This document shows positions 20,780 through 32,349 of a stretch of 64,000 nt of DNA, in pieces. The notes under the pieces were generated by a model. That model ran no database searches and was not told the DNA's origin. It saw nothing but the letters and a program-made list of their open reading frames with translations. Positions within the stretch are counted from its first letter, which is position 1. Every line of letters begins with the position of its first letter. The translations under genes and the position numbers were made by a program. Source of the stretch: an uncultured Methanobrevibacter sp. (GTDB taxonomy: Archaea > Methanobacteriota > Methanobacteria > Methanobacteriales > Methanobacteriaceae); the NCBI GenBank assembly GCA_964409285.1, contig CAYPCR010000002.1, positions 32,149 to 96,148 on the forward strand, read 5' to 3'.

Positions 20780-21844
20780 ATGTATTATACTGAAGAAAGT
20801 GATAGAATTTTATGGGCAGATTGGATTAAAGTTTTTGCTGTTATTGCAGTTGCTATAATACATGTTTGCGGAAGCTATTTAGAAGAAGATCTGCTTTTTA
20901 GCTTTAATTGGTACGTAGCTATTATTTTTGAATCTTTCTGTAGATATGCAGTTGTATTTTTCGTGATGATTTCAGGATTTTTAATTTTAAGAAAACCTGA
21001 ACCAATAACAAATGTTCCACGAAGATTTAAAAGAATTGTAGTTCCTTTTGTATTTTGGATGTTTGTATATGCTGTATTTTACTATTTTTTAGTTGATAAA
21101 AATCCTTTAAACATTGTAGGTTTTATAACATATTTCATAAATGGATTTTTAGATCCTACCAGTGTTTGTCTTCTTTTTTGGTTTGTTTATATGATTTTAG
21201 GACTTTACATATTAGCTCCAATATTATCAAAATGGATTCAAAATGCTAAAACTTTTGAAATTGAATATTTTCTAATAATTTGGGCAATTGTAATGATGAT
21301 TCATTTTTCTGGCATACATACAATAATATACGATTATTTAAGATATTTTAGTGGAGCTGTAGGATATTTTGTATTAGGTTACTATTTAACAATTAAAGAT
21401 TCCAAATATCTTAGAAGTAGGAAATTTGGATTCCTATTATTTATAATTGGCAGTTTAATTGGAATAATCGGCAGCATAGTTGTTCCAATGTACACAGGTG
21501 CTCAAACATTCATGTTTATGTCTGTAGGAGATATTACCCCTAATGCATGTTTACAAGCTATAGGATTATTTATTATTATTAAAAATACTAATTTCAATAA
21601 ATTATCTGACAGGACAAATAGTCTTGCAGTTTTAATAAGTTTAGAATCTTATGGTTTTTATTTATCTCATTTATTAGTAATTGGAGTATTGAAAAAATTA
21701 TCCATATTTTCAATTGAAAACAATGCTTTAATAACAATTCCAATATTTGCAATAGTTGTTTTCATAGCTACGAATATGATGATTTATATAATGAGCAAAA
21801 TTCCATTCTTTAAACGATTTACAGGATTTAAATCTATTTTATGA
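20780..21844 (+). CDS. Acyltransferase-3 (OafA/WecH-like) membrane acyltransferase
   Basis: WADWIKVFAVIAVAIIH, FCRYAVVFFVMISGF, WFVYMILGLYILAP, SYGFYLSH; ~10 TMs. Confidence 0.88.
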   Translation: MYYTEESDRILWADWIKVFAVIAVAIIHVCGSYLEEDLLFSFNWYVAIIFESFCRYAVVFFVMISGFLILRKPEPITNVPRRFKRIVVPFVFWMFVYAVFYYFLVDKNPLNIVGFITYFINGFLDPTSVCLLFWFVYMILGLYILAPILSKWIQNAKTFEIEYFLIIWAIVMMIHFSGIHTIIYDYLRYFSGAVGYFVLGYYLTIKDSKYLRSRKFGFLLFIIGSLIGIIGSIVVPMYTGAQTFMFMSVGDITPNACLQAIGLFIIIKNTNFNKLSDRTNSLAVLISLESYGFYLSHLLVIGVLKKLSIFSIENNALITIPIFAIVVFIATNMMIYIMSKIPFFKRFTGFKSIL

Positions 21845-22065
21845 GGATAAATTCCTCATCTATTTTTTTAAAGATTTTGCTGTTACTTTTATTAAATGTA
21901 GAATTTTTGAAATTGATTTAAAAAAAATCTTTTATTTATGTTATTTATTTTAAAAATAAATCCATTTAAGAAAATTAAATTTGATTAAAAAAATCGAATT
22001 TTCATACAACCAAATAGATTATAATAATTAAAAAACATACATAATTTTAATTATACGGTGATTAT

Positions 22066-23013
22066 ATGAGCGGACCTTGGGTAGAAAAATACAGACCACA
22101 AAGTTTAGATGACATTGTAGGACAAAAACCAATCATTAACAGGCTTCAAAAATATGTTGGAGAAGAAAGCATGCCTAATTTAATGTTTACTGGGCCTGCA
22201 GGGGTTGGAAAAACAACCACAGCTATAGCATTAGTAAAAGCTATTCTTGGGGATTATTGGAGACAAAATTTCTTAGAGTTAAATGCATCTGATGCTAGAG
22301 GAATTGAAACTGTAAGAAATAATATTAAAAATTTCTGTAGATTAAAACCAGTTGGAGCTCCATTTAGAATAATATTTTTAGATGAAGTGGATAATATGAC
22401 TAAAGATGCTCAACATGCACTTCGTCGTGAAATGGAAATGTATACAAAAACAGCTTCATTTATCTTGTCTTGTAACTATTCTTCAAAAATTATTGACCCA
22501 ATCCAATCAAGATGTGCAATTTTTAGGTTCGCCCCAATCAATGGAGAAGCTATTGTAGAAAGATTAGAATACATCTGTAACAATCAGGAAGTTAAATTTA
22601 CAAAAGAGGGTTTAGAAAACATTGTTTATTTTGCTGAAGGAGATATGAGAAAAGCTATTAATATTCTTCAAGCATGTGCAAGTGAAGGTGAAGGAATAAC
22701 AGAAGATGCTGTTTATGAAGTAGTATCCAAAGCAAGACCTCAAGATATAAATCTAATGATAACCGCTGCATTATCTGGCGATTTCATGAAAGCCAGAGAT
22801 TTACTTAGAGACACTATGATTCTACAGGGAACAAGTGGAGAAGACATGGTAACTCAAATTTACACCGATGTATCTAAAAGAGTTTATGAAGGAAAAATGG
22901 ATGCAGATATTTACATCGAATTAATTGATGCAATAGCTAATTGTGACTTTAGAATAAGAGAAGGAGCTAATCCAAGAATACAACTTGAAGCACTTTTAAC
23001 TAAATTTTTATAA
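22066..23013 (+). CDS. rfcS: Replication factor C small subunit
   Basis: [30 protein letters not shown]; no intein. Confidence 0.97.
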   Translation: MSGPWVEKYRPQSLDDIVGQKPIINRLQKYVGEESMPNLMFTGPAGVGKTTTAIALVKAILGDYWRQNFLELNASDARGIETVRNNIKNFCRLKPVGAPFRIIFLDEVDNMTKDAQHALRREMEMYTKTASFILSCNYSSKIIDPIQSRCAIFRFAPINGEAIVERLEYICNNQEVKFTKEGLENIVYFAEGDMRKAINILQACASEGEGITEDAVYEVVSKARPQDINLMITAALSGDFMKARDLLRDTMILQGTSGEDMVTQIYTDVSKRVYEGKMDADIYIELIDAIANCDFRIREGANPRIQLEALLTKFL

Positions 23014-23019
23014 CTGTAG

Positions 23020-24507
23020 ATGACTGCTATGTTATGGACTGAAAAATACCGGCCAAAAACAATTGATAGTGTGGTTGGTAACAACAAAGAAAAAGAACAA
23101 ATTCAAAAATGGGTTAATGAATGGAAAGAGGGAAATCCTCAAAAACCATTGTTACTCGTTGGTCCTGCAGGAATAGGAAAAACAACACTAGCTCATTTAA
23201 TAGCTGATCAGTTCGATGAATCCATTGAACTTAATGCAAGTGATAAACGTTCACAAGATGAAATAATGAGAACTGTTGGAGAATCTTCTTCTAGCATGTC
23301 ATTATTTGGAGAGTCTTATAAGTGCATTATTCTTGATGAAGTAGATGGGATTCATGGAACCAATGATCGTGGCGGAGTAAAAGCTATTAATGAGATTATT
23401 AAAAGTTCAAAACATCCTCTTATTTTAATAGCTAATGATTTGTATAGTAAACGTTTAACAACTATCAAAACAAAATGTGATGTTATTAAAATGAAGAAGA
23501 TTAGAAGTCCTTCAATTAATAAACTATTCAAACAAATTGCAAAAGAAGAGGGCATAAAAGCAAATCCAGCTGCTTTAAAAGAATTAGCTAAAAGAGCTGG
23601 TGGAGATTTACGTTCAGCATTAAATAGTTTTCAAGCAATAGCTGATGAAAGTGAAACATTAGAAATGGAAGATGTTGAAAATATAAGCTCTAAAGATGAC
23701 CGTTCAAATATCATAAATGGTGTAACTGCTGTAATGAAAAGTAAAACTCCTGCTAAAGTAAAAAAAGCATTAATTACTGAAGAAGATCCTACGTTGGTAA
23801 TGGAATATATTGCAGAAAATGTTCCAAGAGAATATAAGAAAAAAGAAGAAATCCAAAAAGCTTATGAAAATTTGGCTAAAGCAGATTTATACTTTGGAAG
23901 AGCCCAACAAAGTAGAAATTACGGTTACTGGAAATATGCAACAGATTTCATGGGTGTTGGAGTAGCTGATGCAAAAGATGAAACTTATAAAAAATTCACT
24001 AAAATAACCTCTCCTACCGTATTTACTAAAATGAGCAAAAATAGAGGTAAAAGAAATCTAAGAGATAAAATAGCTGAAAAAATGTCTGAAAAAATGCATA
24101 TTTCACATGCTGTAGCTATTTCCATGTTTCCATATTTGGAGATAATGTTTGCAGATGATGAATTGGCTTGGGAAATATCTGATTTTTTAGATTTAGAGGA
24201 TGATGAAATTAAACGCTTCCGTAAAAAGAAAATTCCTAAAAAAGTTGTAACAAAAATGGAAAAGCTTAAAAATGAAATGCGTGAAGCTGAAAAGGAAAAA
24301 TATCAGGAACAAATATCCGAAAAAATCATTGAAGAAGCTGGCCAGCTAGCTGAAAATGAAGTGGAAGATGTTGAAAACATTATCGAAAGTGGAGACGAAA
24401 TAGCTGAGGATATGGAAGATGAAACTTCAGCTGAAGAAGAAAATGTTGATAGTGAAGATAAACCTAAAAAGAAAGAAACCAAACAAACTTCACTTTTTAG
24501 CTTTTAA
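23020..24507 (+). CDS. rfcL: Replication factor C large subunit
   Basis: [21 protein letters not shown]; acidic tail ending in PIP box QTSLFSF (24484-24504). Confidence 0.96.
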   Translation: MTAMLWTEKYRPKTIDSVVGNNKEKEQIQKWVNEWKEGNPQKPLLLVGPAGIGKTTLAHLIADQFDESIELNASDKRSQDEIMRTVGESSSSMSLFGESYKCIILDEVDGIHGTNDRGGVKAINEIIKSSKHPLILIANDLYSKRLTTIKTKCDVIKMKKIRSPSINKLFKQIAKEEGIKANPAALKELAKRAGGDLRSALNSFQAIADESETLEMEDVENISSKDDRSNIINGVTAVMKSKTPAKVKKALITEEDPTLVMEYIAENVPREYKKKEEIQKAYENLAKADLYFGRAQQSRNYGYWKYATDFMGVGVADAKDETYKKFTKITSPTVFTKMSKNRGKRNLRDKIAEKMSEKMHISHAVAISMFPYLEIMFADDELAWEISDFLDLEDDEIKRFRKKKIPKKVVTKMEKLKNEMREAEKEKYQEQISEKIIEEAGQLAENEVEDVENIIESGDEIAEDMEDETSAEEENVDSEDKPKKKETKQTSLFSF

Positions 24508-25176
24508 TTGATTTTCTATAAATTCACTGGCTTTTAAAACATTTTCCATATACTGTGGAGAAACAGTTTCTAAAAACTCCATAAAATCTGTAGCTAATTT
24601 ATCTTCATTTTTATTTTCAATTTTAATATCTAAAAAATCTTCAACCCATTTTTTAGGAATATTGATTAAAGGATAAATTATATTTTCCTCTTTAAAATCA
24701 AAATCAATACCCTCTCCTTTAAAAATTTCAGAGAATATTCTATTTGTTCGTTCATCTAATAATAAAGGATTAGCTATCAAATCATAATCCCCCTCATAAA
24801 CCAATTTTAATCCATATTTACGAGTATAAGGTTCTAAAATAACAAACATCAAATCATTTAAAGGGGATTTTTCAGATGAAAGTAATATTCTATCTCCAGG
24901 CTTTACTGCTGATAAAACCTTTGAAGATTTAGAACAGATTTTTTGAAAAAGAGTGGATCTTATAACTTCAATATTTGAATATTGATTTTTAAAAGTCTTT
25001 TCTCTTTTTCTTGAAAATTTAGAAAATCTTAAGTTGTTAATATAAATTTTATTATCTGTATAGCTAATAAATCTAGTATCAACACCAATTATTTTAAGAA
25101 ATTTTAAAACATCCTTTTTAGAATTATTAAAACTCTCTTCTTCTTGGGAAGGTATAAAATCAAATATAAAATCCAT
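24490..25176 (-). CDS. Conserved hypothetical protein (possibly degenerate PP-loop ATPase-like)
   Basis: 228-aa ORF starting 1 nt after aroE stop; weak resemblance only. Confidence 0.65.
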   Translation of the reverse strand: MDFIFDFIPSQEEESFNNSKKDVLKFLKIIGVDTRFISYTDNKIYINNLRFSKFSRKREKTFKNQYSNIEVIRSTLFQKICSKSSKVLSAVKPGDRILLSSEKSPLNDLMFVILEPYTRKYGLKLVYEGDYDLIANPLLLDERTNRIFSEIFKGEGIDFDFKEENIIYPLINIPKKWVEDFLDIKIENKNEDKLATDFMEFLETVSPQYMENVLKASEFIENQLKAKK

Positions 25177-25177
25177 A

Positions 25178-26032
25178 TTAATCAGCTATATTTAGAGTTT
25201 CTTTTAATGCTTTTTCCATTACATCAATCGGAGCTTCTCTTCCAGTCCAAATTTTAAAACTTTCAGCTCCTTGATATAATAACATTTTTATTCCATATAC
25301 AATAGAAGCATTGGCTTTAATAGCTTCTTTTAAAAGAACGGTTTCATTTGGATTGTATACAATATCATTAACAACCAACTCTTCATGCATCATGTCAGCT
25401 GTAGCTATTGGTTTATCATCAATATGTGGATCCATGCCTAAAGGAGTACTATCTATTAGAATATCTGCATCTTTAAGATGATTGTCAATATTTTCAATAC
25501 TATCATATCCAACATTATCAATCAATTTAGATTCCTTAACATCAAAAGCCAAATTTTTAGCTTTATCTACATTTCTATTTAGAATATTTAAATTTTCCAC
25601 CTTTCCTTGAGCTAAATAAAATGCAATTGCACGAGATGCTCCTCCAGCACCTGCCAACACCACATTTTTATCCTTAATTGAAGTTATCTCTTCAATAGCT
25701 TTAATACACCCAATCCCATCAGTATTATAACCTTTTAATGTTTTAAAATCAATAGTATTAACAGCTCCAATTAACTTAGCTATTGGGTCTAATTCTTTGA
25801 GATAGTTCATTACATTGATTTTATGTGGAATAGTAACATTTAATCCTTTAATGTTTAAACTCTCTGCTCCCTCAATAGCTGATTTTAAATTAACATTTTT
25901 AACATTAAATGGAACATAAACATAATCCATACCCAATTTTTCAAATGCTGCATTATGCATAGGTGGAGAAAAACTATGCTCAACTGGATCTCCAATTAAA
26001 CCAACAATATTGGTACTTCCCTTGATATTCAT
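25178..26032 (-). CDS. aroE: Shikimate dehydrogenase
   Basis: HSFSPPMHN, NVTIPHK, GAVNT, NTDG, GAGGA, MLLYQG. Confidence 0.96.
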   Translation of the reverse strand: MNIKGSTNIVGLIGDPVEHSFSPPMHNAAFEKLGMDYVYVPFNVKNVNLKSAIEGAESLNIKGLNVTIPHKINVMNYLKELDPIAKLIGAVNTIDFKTLKGYNTDGIGCIKAIEEITSIKDKNVVLAGAGGASRAIAFYLAQGKVENLNILNRNVDKAKNLAFDVKESKLIDNVGYDSIENIDNHLKDADILIDSTPLGMDPHIDDKPIATADMMHEELVVNDIVYNPNETVLLKEAIKANASIVYGIKMLLYQGAESFKIWTGREAPIDVMEKALKETLNIAD

Positions 26033-26192
26033 AGTAGAAAATTTAAATTTTAAATTATAAAAATATTTTTAGCAATTAATTTTAGGAGTAGATTTTACCT
26101 CTTTTTAACTTAATTTATCTAGAATAGTTAAATTCAGAACAAATATTAATTGAAAAATTTGAGTTTCTAATTATTGTTCATAGGAACCAAGA

Positions 26193-26200
26193 TTATATAA
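26193..26200 (+). promoter_or_regulatory. Putative BRE/TATA promoter of hisS-hisI-PINA operon
   Basis: GGAACCAAGA followed by TTATATAA about 50 nt upstream of hisS ATG. Confidence 0.45.
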
Positions 26201-26249
26201 ATAAAAAATCATAAAAATTTACTATTATAATTTATTTAGGAGATATTAA

Positions 26250-27542
26250 ATGGAATTTACAAAACCACGAGGAACAAGAGACTTTCTTTTTGACGAAATG
26301 AGAACAAGAAAAGATGCTGAAAGTACTCTTAGAAATGTTTTTGAAAATTATGGCTATCAAGAAATAAAAACCCCACTATTTGAAGAATTAAAATTATTTA
26401 CTACAAAATCTGGAGAAGAAATAGTAGATCAACTTTATAATTTTAAAGATAAATCCGACAGAGAGCTAGCTTTAAGACCTGAAATTACTGCCCCGGTAGC
26501 TAGATTATATTTAAATGAACTTGAAAAAACCGCCTCAAAGCCAATTAAACTTTATTATTATGGAAGTTGTTTTAGATATGAAAGACCTCAAAAAGGTAGA
26601 TTTAGACAATTCTGGCAATTTGGATGTGAGTTAATCGGAGCTAAATCTCCTCAAGGAGAAGCAGAAGTTATAGCTATGTGTAATGATTCTCTAAATCAGC
26701 TTGGAATTACAACTGCAGATATTAATATTAATCACTTAGGAATAATTAGAGGTTTATTTGAACATTTTAACATTGATGAGGACACACAAAGAGAAATTAT
26801 GGTTATTATTGATAAAGGAGATAAAGACCTTTTAAAAGAAGCTTTAAATGGTGAGGATGCAATAATAGCTAATGAAGAGTTAGGAAATCTATTATTAAAA
26901 TTAATTGATTTAGTAGGAGATAAGTCAATTATCAAGGATATAGAAGATTTAGTTGAAAATTATCCTGAAGCTCACGAAAGTGTAGAAGAACTTAAAAGTT
27001 TAATTGACACATTAGCTAGTTTCGGTGTTGGAAATTACACTATAAATCTTGGAGTAGCTAGAGGTCTTGATTATTACACTGGAATTGTATTTGAAGTTTA
27101 TATTCCTGAACTTGGAGCTCAAAAACAAGTTTGTGGAGGAGGAACTTACAGTTTAATTAAAGTATTTGGAGGGGCAGACGTTACATCTACAGGGTTTGCA
27201 TTTGGATTTGATAGATTAATGAATGCATTAGAAGACAAACAAAAAGAGTTAGATTCTCATATTACTGTTTATGTGGCTCCAATTAATAATTCTGTTCAAC
27301 AAGAAGCCTTTAAAATAACACAAACCCTTAGAAGAAATAACATAGCCAGTGAAGTGGATTTAAACAATAAGAAGTTTAAAAAGATTATGAACCATGCAAA
27401 CAACATTAAGGTACCTTACGTAGTTATTGTTGGGCCTCAAGATTTAGAAGAAGGAAAAATAACTGTGAAAGATATGAACAGTGGAAAACAAGATTTAATT
27501 GAAATTGATGGTTTAGTTGACTATATTAAAGGAGATTTATAA
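26250..27542 (+). CDS. hisS: Histidine--tRNA ligase
   Basis: KPRGTRD, LRPEITA, FRYERPQKGRFRQFWQ, RGLDYYTG, GFAFGFDR. Confidence 0.97.
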   Translation: MEFTKPRGTRDFLFDEMRTRKDAESTLRNVFENYGYQEIKTPLFEELKLFTTKSGEEIVDQLYNFKDKSDRELALRPEITAPVARLYLNELEKTASKPIKLYYYGSCFRYERPQKGRFRQFWQFGCELIGAKSPQGEAEVIAMCNDSLNQLGITTADININHLGIIRGLFEHFNIDEDTQREIMVIIDKGDKDLLKEALNGEDAIIANEELGNLLLKLIDLVGDKSIIKDIEDLVENYPEAHESVEELKSLIDTLASFGVGNYTINLGVARGLDYYTGIVFEVYIPELGAQKQVCGGGTYSLIKVFGGADVTSTGFAFGFDRLMNALEDKQKELDSHITVYVAPINNSVQQEAFKITQTLRRNNIASEVDLNNKKFKKIMNHANNIKVPYVVIVGPQDLEEGKITVKDMNSGKQDLIEIDGLVDYIKGDL

Positions 27543-27950
27543 ATGAATATTAATTTTAGACATGAAATAAATGGAGAAAAACTTATCACAGCTATTGCAC
27601 AAGATTGGGAAACAAATGAAATCTTAATGGTAGCTAATATGAATGAAGAAGCTCTTAGAAAAACTATTGAAACAGGAAAAGCACATTATTGGAGTACCTC
27701 CAGACAAAAACAATGGTTAAAAGGAGAAAGTTCTGGACATTTTCAAGAAGTTAAAGAAATTTTAGTTGATTGTGATATGGATGCAGTAGTTCTAAAAGTA
27801 AAACAGAATGGAGCAGCTTGTCATGAAGGATATTATTCATGTTTTTTCAGAAAACTTAATACAAATAACAAACCTAATATATTTGAATTAGACAATGAGG
27901 ATATAGAAGTAATATCTGAAAGATTGTTTAATCCTGATGATATATATTAG
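27543..27950 (+). CDS. hisI: Phosphoribosyl-AMP cyclohydrolase
   Basis: [29 protein letters not shown]. Confidence 0.96.
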   Translation: MNINFRHEINGEKLITAIAQDWETNEILMVANMNEEALRKTIETGKAHYWSTSRQKQWLKGESSGHFQEVKEILVDCDMDAVVLKVKQNGAACHEGYYSCFFRKLNTNNKPNIFELDNEDIEVISERLFNPDDIY

Positions 27951-29819
27951 GTGGAGATGAAATTGCAAGTAGAACAAACAAAAACAATAATACCCGATAC
28001 AAGTGCGGTAATTGAAGGGGCAGTTACTAAATTATTAAATGAAAATGATTTAGATTATCCTGAAATTATAGTTCCTGAAGCTGTAGTCTGTGAACTAGAA
28101 CACCAAGCTAATGCAAATCGAGAAGAGGGTTTGAAAGGTTTAAAAGAACTTCAAAGATTACAAGAAGCTGAATATGATGGAGAAATAGCTGTAACTTTTA
28201 AAGGAAAACGTCCAACAAACTACGATATAAAATATGCAAAAAGTGGAGAAATTGATGCCATTATTCGAGACGTAGCTAGATCAGAATTTGGAACCCTTCT
28301 TACAAATGATAAAGTTCAAGCAGAAACTGCAAAAGCTCAAGGAATAGCTGTTATATATTTCCAACAAGAAAAAAAGGATTATGGTGCTCTTAAAATAGAA
28401 GACCTCTTTGATGAAGAAACCATGTCTGTTCATCTTAAAGAGGGTGTTGTTCCAATGGCTAAAAAAGGAACTCCCGGAAATATAAAGCTTGTTTCTTTAA
28501 GTGATGAACCATTAACTGAAAAGGAAATGGAGGAATATTCATCTGAAATTATGGAAAGAGCTAGAAACGATTCAAAAACCTTTTTAGAATCTCAAAGAAA
28601 TGGTTCAGCTGTAATTCAAGCTGGCCCATATAGAATTTCACTAGCCAAACCACCATTTTCAGAAGGATCAGAAATAACTGCTGTAAGACCTGTTGTAAAT
28701 ATCGGGTTAGATGAATACAATATTTCAGATAAATTAATGAAAAGAATAAATGAAAATGCAGAAGGTATATTAATTTCCGGATCTCCAGGAGCTGGTAAAT
28801 CCACCTTTGTACAGGCCTTAGCTACACATTATAATGGATTAAACAAAGTTGTTAAAACAATGGAGTCTCCAAGAGACTTACAACTTCCAAAAGAAATAAC
28901 ACAATATGCTCCATTAGATGGAGATATGGAAAATACAGCTGATGTTCTTCTTCTTGTAAGGCCTGATTATACAGTTTATGATGAACTTAGAAAAACCAAA
29001 GATTTCTCAATATTTTCAGATATGAGAATGGCTGGAGTAGGAATGATTGGAGTTGTTCATGCTACACGTCCAATTGATGCTATTCAAAGGATTTCAACTA
29101 GAGTGGAACTTGGTGTAATTCCTTCAATTGTAGATACGAGTATTTACATTGAAGACGGTGAAATTAAAAGTGTCTATGAAACAAAAATGACTGTTAAAGT
29201 TCCATCAGGAATGCAAGAAGCAGATCTTGCACGACCTGTTATTGAAATTCGTGATTTTGAAACTGGAGAACTTAAACATGAAATTTACACCTACGGTGAA
29301 CAAACAATTGTGATGGACATTGGCCTTGTACATGAAAATGAAGCAAAAAATAAATCTTCTGTAGATAAAATAGCTGAAAAAGAAATTTTAAGAAAAATTA
29401 AAAAGATTATTCCAAAATCTCCAATTGAAGTCGAAGTTATTTCTCCAGACAGAGCTAATATTTACATTAAAGAATCTTATATTCCTAAAATTATTGGTCA
29501 AAACGGATCTAGAATAGCTGAAATTGAAAAAGAAATTGGAATCAGTTTAGGTGTTGAAGTTCTTGAAAAAGAAGATAATCATGCTCCAAAAGGTAAACAA
29601 ATTCCAGTAGATATTTTTGAAACTAAAAAACAAGTTATTTTAGATTTGGGAAAAGATAATGGTGGAAGAAACTTTGATGTGTTTGTTGATGGGGATTATC
29701 TTTTAACTGCTACTACCAGTAAAAAAGGAGAAATAAAAATTAAAAAAGGAGTGGAATTAGCTGATAGAATTAATGACGGATTAGAACTTAACAGTAATTT
29801 TACAGCTACTAGAAAATAA
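27951..29819 (+). CDS. PIN domain-ATPase-KH protein (PINA, archaeal branch-migration ATPase)
   Basis: N-terminal PIN (PDTSAVI), GSPGAGKST, RPDYTVYDE, C-terminal KH (IIGQNG). Confidence 0.92.
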   Translation: MEMKLQVEQTKTIIPDTSAVIEGAVTKLLNENDLDYPEIIVPEAVVCELEHQANANREEGLKGLKELQRLQEAEYDGEIAVTFKGKRPTNYDIKYAKSGEIDAIIRDVARSEFGTLLTNDKVQAETAKAQGIAVIYFQQEKKDYGALKIEDLFDEETMSVHLKEGVVPMAKKGTPGNIKLVSLSDEPLTEKEMEEYSSEIMERARNDSKTFLESQRNGSAVIQAGPYRISLAKPPFSEGSEITAVRPVVNIGLDEYNISDKLMKRINENAEGILISGSPGAGKSTFVQALATHYNGLNKVVKTMESPRDLQLPKEITQYAPLDGDMENTADVLLLVRPDYTVYDELRKTKDFSIFSDMRMAGVGMIGVVHATRPIDAIQRISTRVELGVIPSIVDTSIYIEDGEIKSVYETKMTVKVPSGMQEADLARPVIEIRDFETGELKHEIYTYGEQTIVMDIGLVHENEAKNKSSVDKIAEKEILRKIKKIIPKSPIEVEVISPDRANIYIKESYIPKIIGQNGSRIAEIEKEIGISLGVEVLEKEDNHAPKGKQIPVDIFETKKQVILDLGKDNGGRNFDVFVDGDYLLTATTSKKGEIKIKKGVELADRINDGLELNSNFTATRK

Positions 29820-29822
29820 AAT

Positions 29823-30572
29823 GTGATATTTATGAAAATTGGTGCCTCAACATTATCAGGATTTAAAGATGATTTAGAAAGTAATTTAGACTATTTTGAG
29901 CAATTAGGGTTAAAATATGCTGAAATAGTACATCAATACCCTAACGATGAAATAAACACAGATGTTCTTGACTCTTATAACCTAAAATATTCTGTTCATT
30001 CTCCATTAATGGGCATTAACATTGGTAGTTTGAATAAAGGGATTCGTGAAGCTTCTATAAATGAAATTAAAAAATCAATTGATTTAGCATCTGAAATTAA
30101 TGCTGATATTGTTGTTGTACACCCTGGTATGGTTCCTTTTTTAGGAAGAGGTTTTGAAGAGGAGATTTACAGATTAGCCCATGAAGCTTTTAAAGAATTA
30201 GGCCAATATGGTCAAGATTTAGGTGTTACAGCAGCTATTGAAAATATGCCTAATTTTGAAGGCCATATCTATAAAAATATGGTTGATTTGAATAACATTT
30301 TAGAAGAATTAGATATGTATATGACTTTAGACATTGGCCATGCTTATCATTCAGGATATAGCGCTGAAGATATGTATTTTGACCGTGTAAAACACATACA
30401 TATCCATGATAATAATGGAAATGATGATTCGCACATGGCATTAGGTGAAGGATCTATTGATTTAAAAAAGGTCATTAGTCAATATGAAGATAATAACTAT
30501 AAAGGCATCTACACTATTGAGGTAAATGATAAAGAATCTGTTAAAAAGAGTCTTAACTATTTGAAAAAATAG
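29823..30572 (+). CDS. Sugar-phosphate isomerase/epimerase / AP-endonuclease-2 TIM-barrel protein
   Basis: VHSP, VVHPG, IENM, TLDIGHA, HIHDN..DSH..LGEG. Confidence 0.88.
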   Translation: MIFMKIGASTLSGFKDDLESNLDYFEQLGLKYAEIVHQYPNDEINTDVLDSYNLKYSVHSPLMGINIGSLNKGIREASINEIKKSIDLASEINADIVVVHPGMVPFLGRGFEEEIYRLAHEAFKELGQYGQDLGVTAAIENMPNFEGHIYKNMVDLNNILEELDMYMTLDIGHAYHSGYSAEDMYFDRVKHIHIHDNNGNDDSHMALGEGSIDLKKVISQYEDNNYKGIYTIEVNDKESVKKSLNYLKK

Positions 30573-32217
30573 CTTTTCTATTTTTTATTAACATATATAA
30601 TGTTACAATAGCTAAAACTTCAAAAATTGCAAAGAATCCTTGGGAAGGAAAAGTATAAATAAGCATCATAATAGCTATATTATATCTCATCCACGATGTA
30701 AACCAAGCTACGGCAAAAATTTGAACGCCGAAAGTTCCTAAAACCAAAATCTCAAAACCTATTATAATATTAAGAGACTTGTTTTTAAATTTTGTTTTTA
30801 TTATAGCTATTAATCCACCTATAAATCCAATAGCTGATAAAGCTACAATAACAAAGGAGATAACTTTATAAAAAGAAATAACACTCTTTACACCTATAAC
30901 CACATTCTCATTAGTTATATTATAAGGCAAATGCTTATCCGGAAAATTATCAACATAATAATAAGTAGAAGATACATCTGACAGGTTTAAATCGTTTAAA
31001 TCTAGGTCAATTGATTTATAAAATAAATTGTCCTCTAAGCCTACTTTAATAAAAGGTTTTAAATCCATTATTTCTGTAAAATTTTTACCTGTAATTGATG
31101 AGGTAAAAAATAATTTATCTACTTTTTGAAGAGTGTCATTATCAAATGCCTCTTCTAATTCTCCATTAACTTTAGAAATAAACATAGAAAAATCTTTTTC
31201 ATTATTATACAATCCCACATCGTTAAAAGATTTTCTTAAAGCCCAATTAACAAGATCGCCCTGAATAGGATTTTGTGAAATATTACCCTCAGCCCATGGC
31301 GAAGTTTTAAAAGAATCGATGACTTCAGGATGTGAACTTAATGTTGGTGAAGCATTCCAAGCTTTTTCTACAGTTGAAAGTGGCACCCAAATAGTTACAT
31401 TTTTATTAGAATCTTCAATTAAAAGCAAATTATTCCAAAATTCACCGAATTCTCCATCACTTCTTGTGTTAATATCACTTACTCCAAAATAATAGTTATT
31501 AATTTCCATATAACTTACAGTAGAAATTCCGAAAATCAAAATTGGAATTAACCCAATAGCTAAAATGGATATTGATTTATTTTTATATAAATTATAAATG
31601 ATAGGAATTAAAATAGCTATTAAAAGAATAGGCATAAGAGCCATTCCATCTTCTTTAATATAAAAATTAAAACTAAATACTAATCCTACGATTATTCCCC
31701 AAAAAATTCTTTGTTTGGATGAATTTTTGTAAAATAAAGAAACAACAAAAATAAACAGTGAAGATAAAAATATAATAGCAAATTGTGGTTGTATTACATT
31801 TCTATAAATTCTAAAACTACCTATATAGAAACCAATTGGTAAAAATAATATAAATAGAAATATTAAACCAAGAAAGATTTTATTTTTAATTTTGAACTTG
31901 TAAAGAGCATATATAGTTAATGAAGCTGCAATAACCCATAAAATACCTAACCAAAAAGTGTAAGGTAAAGTAGTTATCTTAACAAAAAATAAGAATATTG
32001 GATAAGACATAGGTTTAACTAAACTTAAATAATCCCAATGTGAAAAATGATAACCTAAATTTGAATAATTAATCATTAACAAATCATCATATTGTGAATT
32101 AAGAAAAATACAAATTGGAAGACATTCCTCCATATATATTCTTATTATAGAGAAAATTATTAAAATTAAAATAAATAATTTAGTTGAATGATTCCTTAAA
32201 TTATTTAAAATATTCAT
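30553..32217 (-). CDS. Polytopic membrane protein with large extracellular loop (possible GT-C-fold glycan polymerase/transferase)
   Basis: About 11 TMs; DD in the first loop (SQYDDLLM); PMSYPIFL, IKED motifs. Confidence 0.65.
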   Translation of the reverse strand: MNILNNLRNHSTKLFILILIIFSIIRIYMEECLPICIFLNSQYDDLLMINYSNLGYHFSHWDYLSLVKPMSYPIFLFFVKITTLPYTFWLGILWVIAASLTIYALYKFKIKNKIFLGLIFLFILFLPIGFYIGSFRIYRNVIQPQFAIIFLSSLFIFVVSLFYKNSSKQRIFWGIIVGLVFSFNFYIKEDGMALMPILLIAILIPIIYNLYKNKSISILAIGLIPILIFGISTVSYMEINNYYFGVSDINTRSDGEFGEFWNNLLLIEDSNKNVTIWVPLSTVEKAWNASPTLSSHPEVIDSFKTSPWAEGNISQNPIQGDLVNWALRKSFNDVGLYNNEKDFSMFISKVNGELEEAFDNDTLQKVDKLFFTSSITGKNFTEIMDLKPFIKVGLEDNLFYKSIDLDLNDLNLSDVSSTYYYVDNFPDKHLPYNITNENVVIGVKSVISFYKVISFVIVALSAIGFIGGLIAIIKTKFKNKSLNIIIGFEILVLGTFGVQIFAVAWFTSWMRYNIAIMMLIYTFPSQGFFAIFEVLAIVTLYMLIKNRKAIFSNS

Positions 32218-32349
32218 ATAATAATATATAGAATATTAAGTTTATATATAGCTTTATGTAATTATCTAAATCATTTTAAAATTAAAGTAAATTTAAAAAA
32301 ATTATTTGTTAATTATATTAACTTTAAAATTTCATATAAAAGTGATAAT

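Noticed and set aside
22066-23013. Intein in RFC small subunit (common in archaea)
   Set aside because: The 315-aa protein is continuous through the Walker A region; no insertion.
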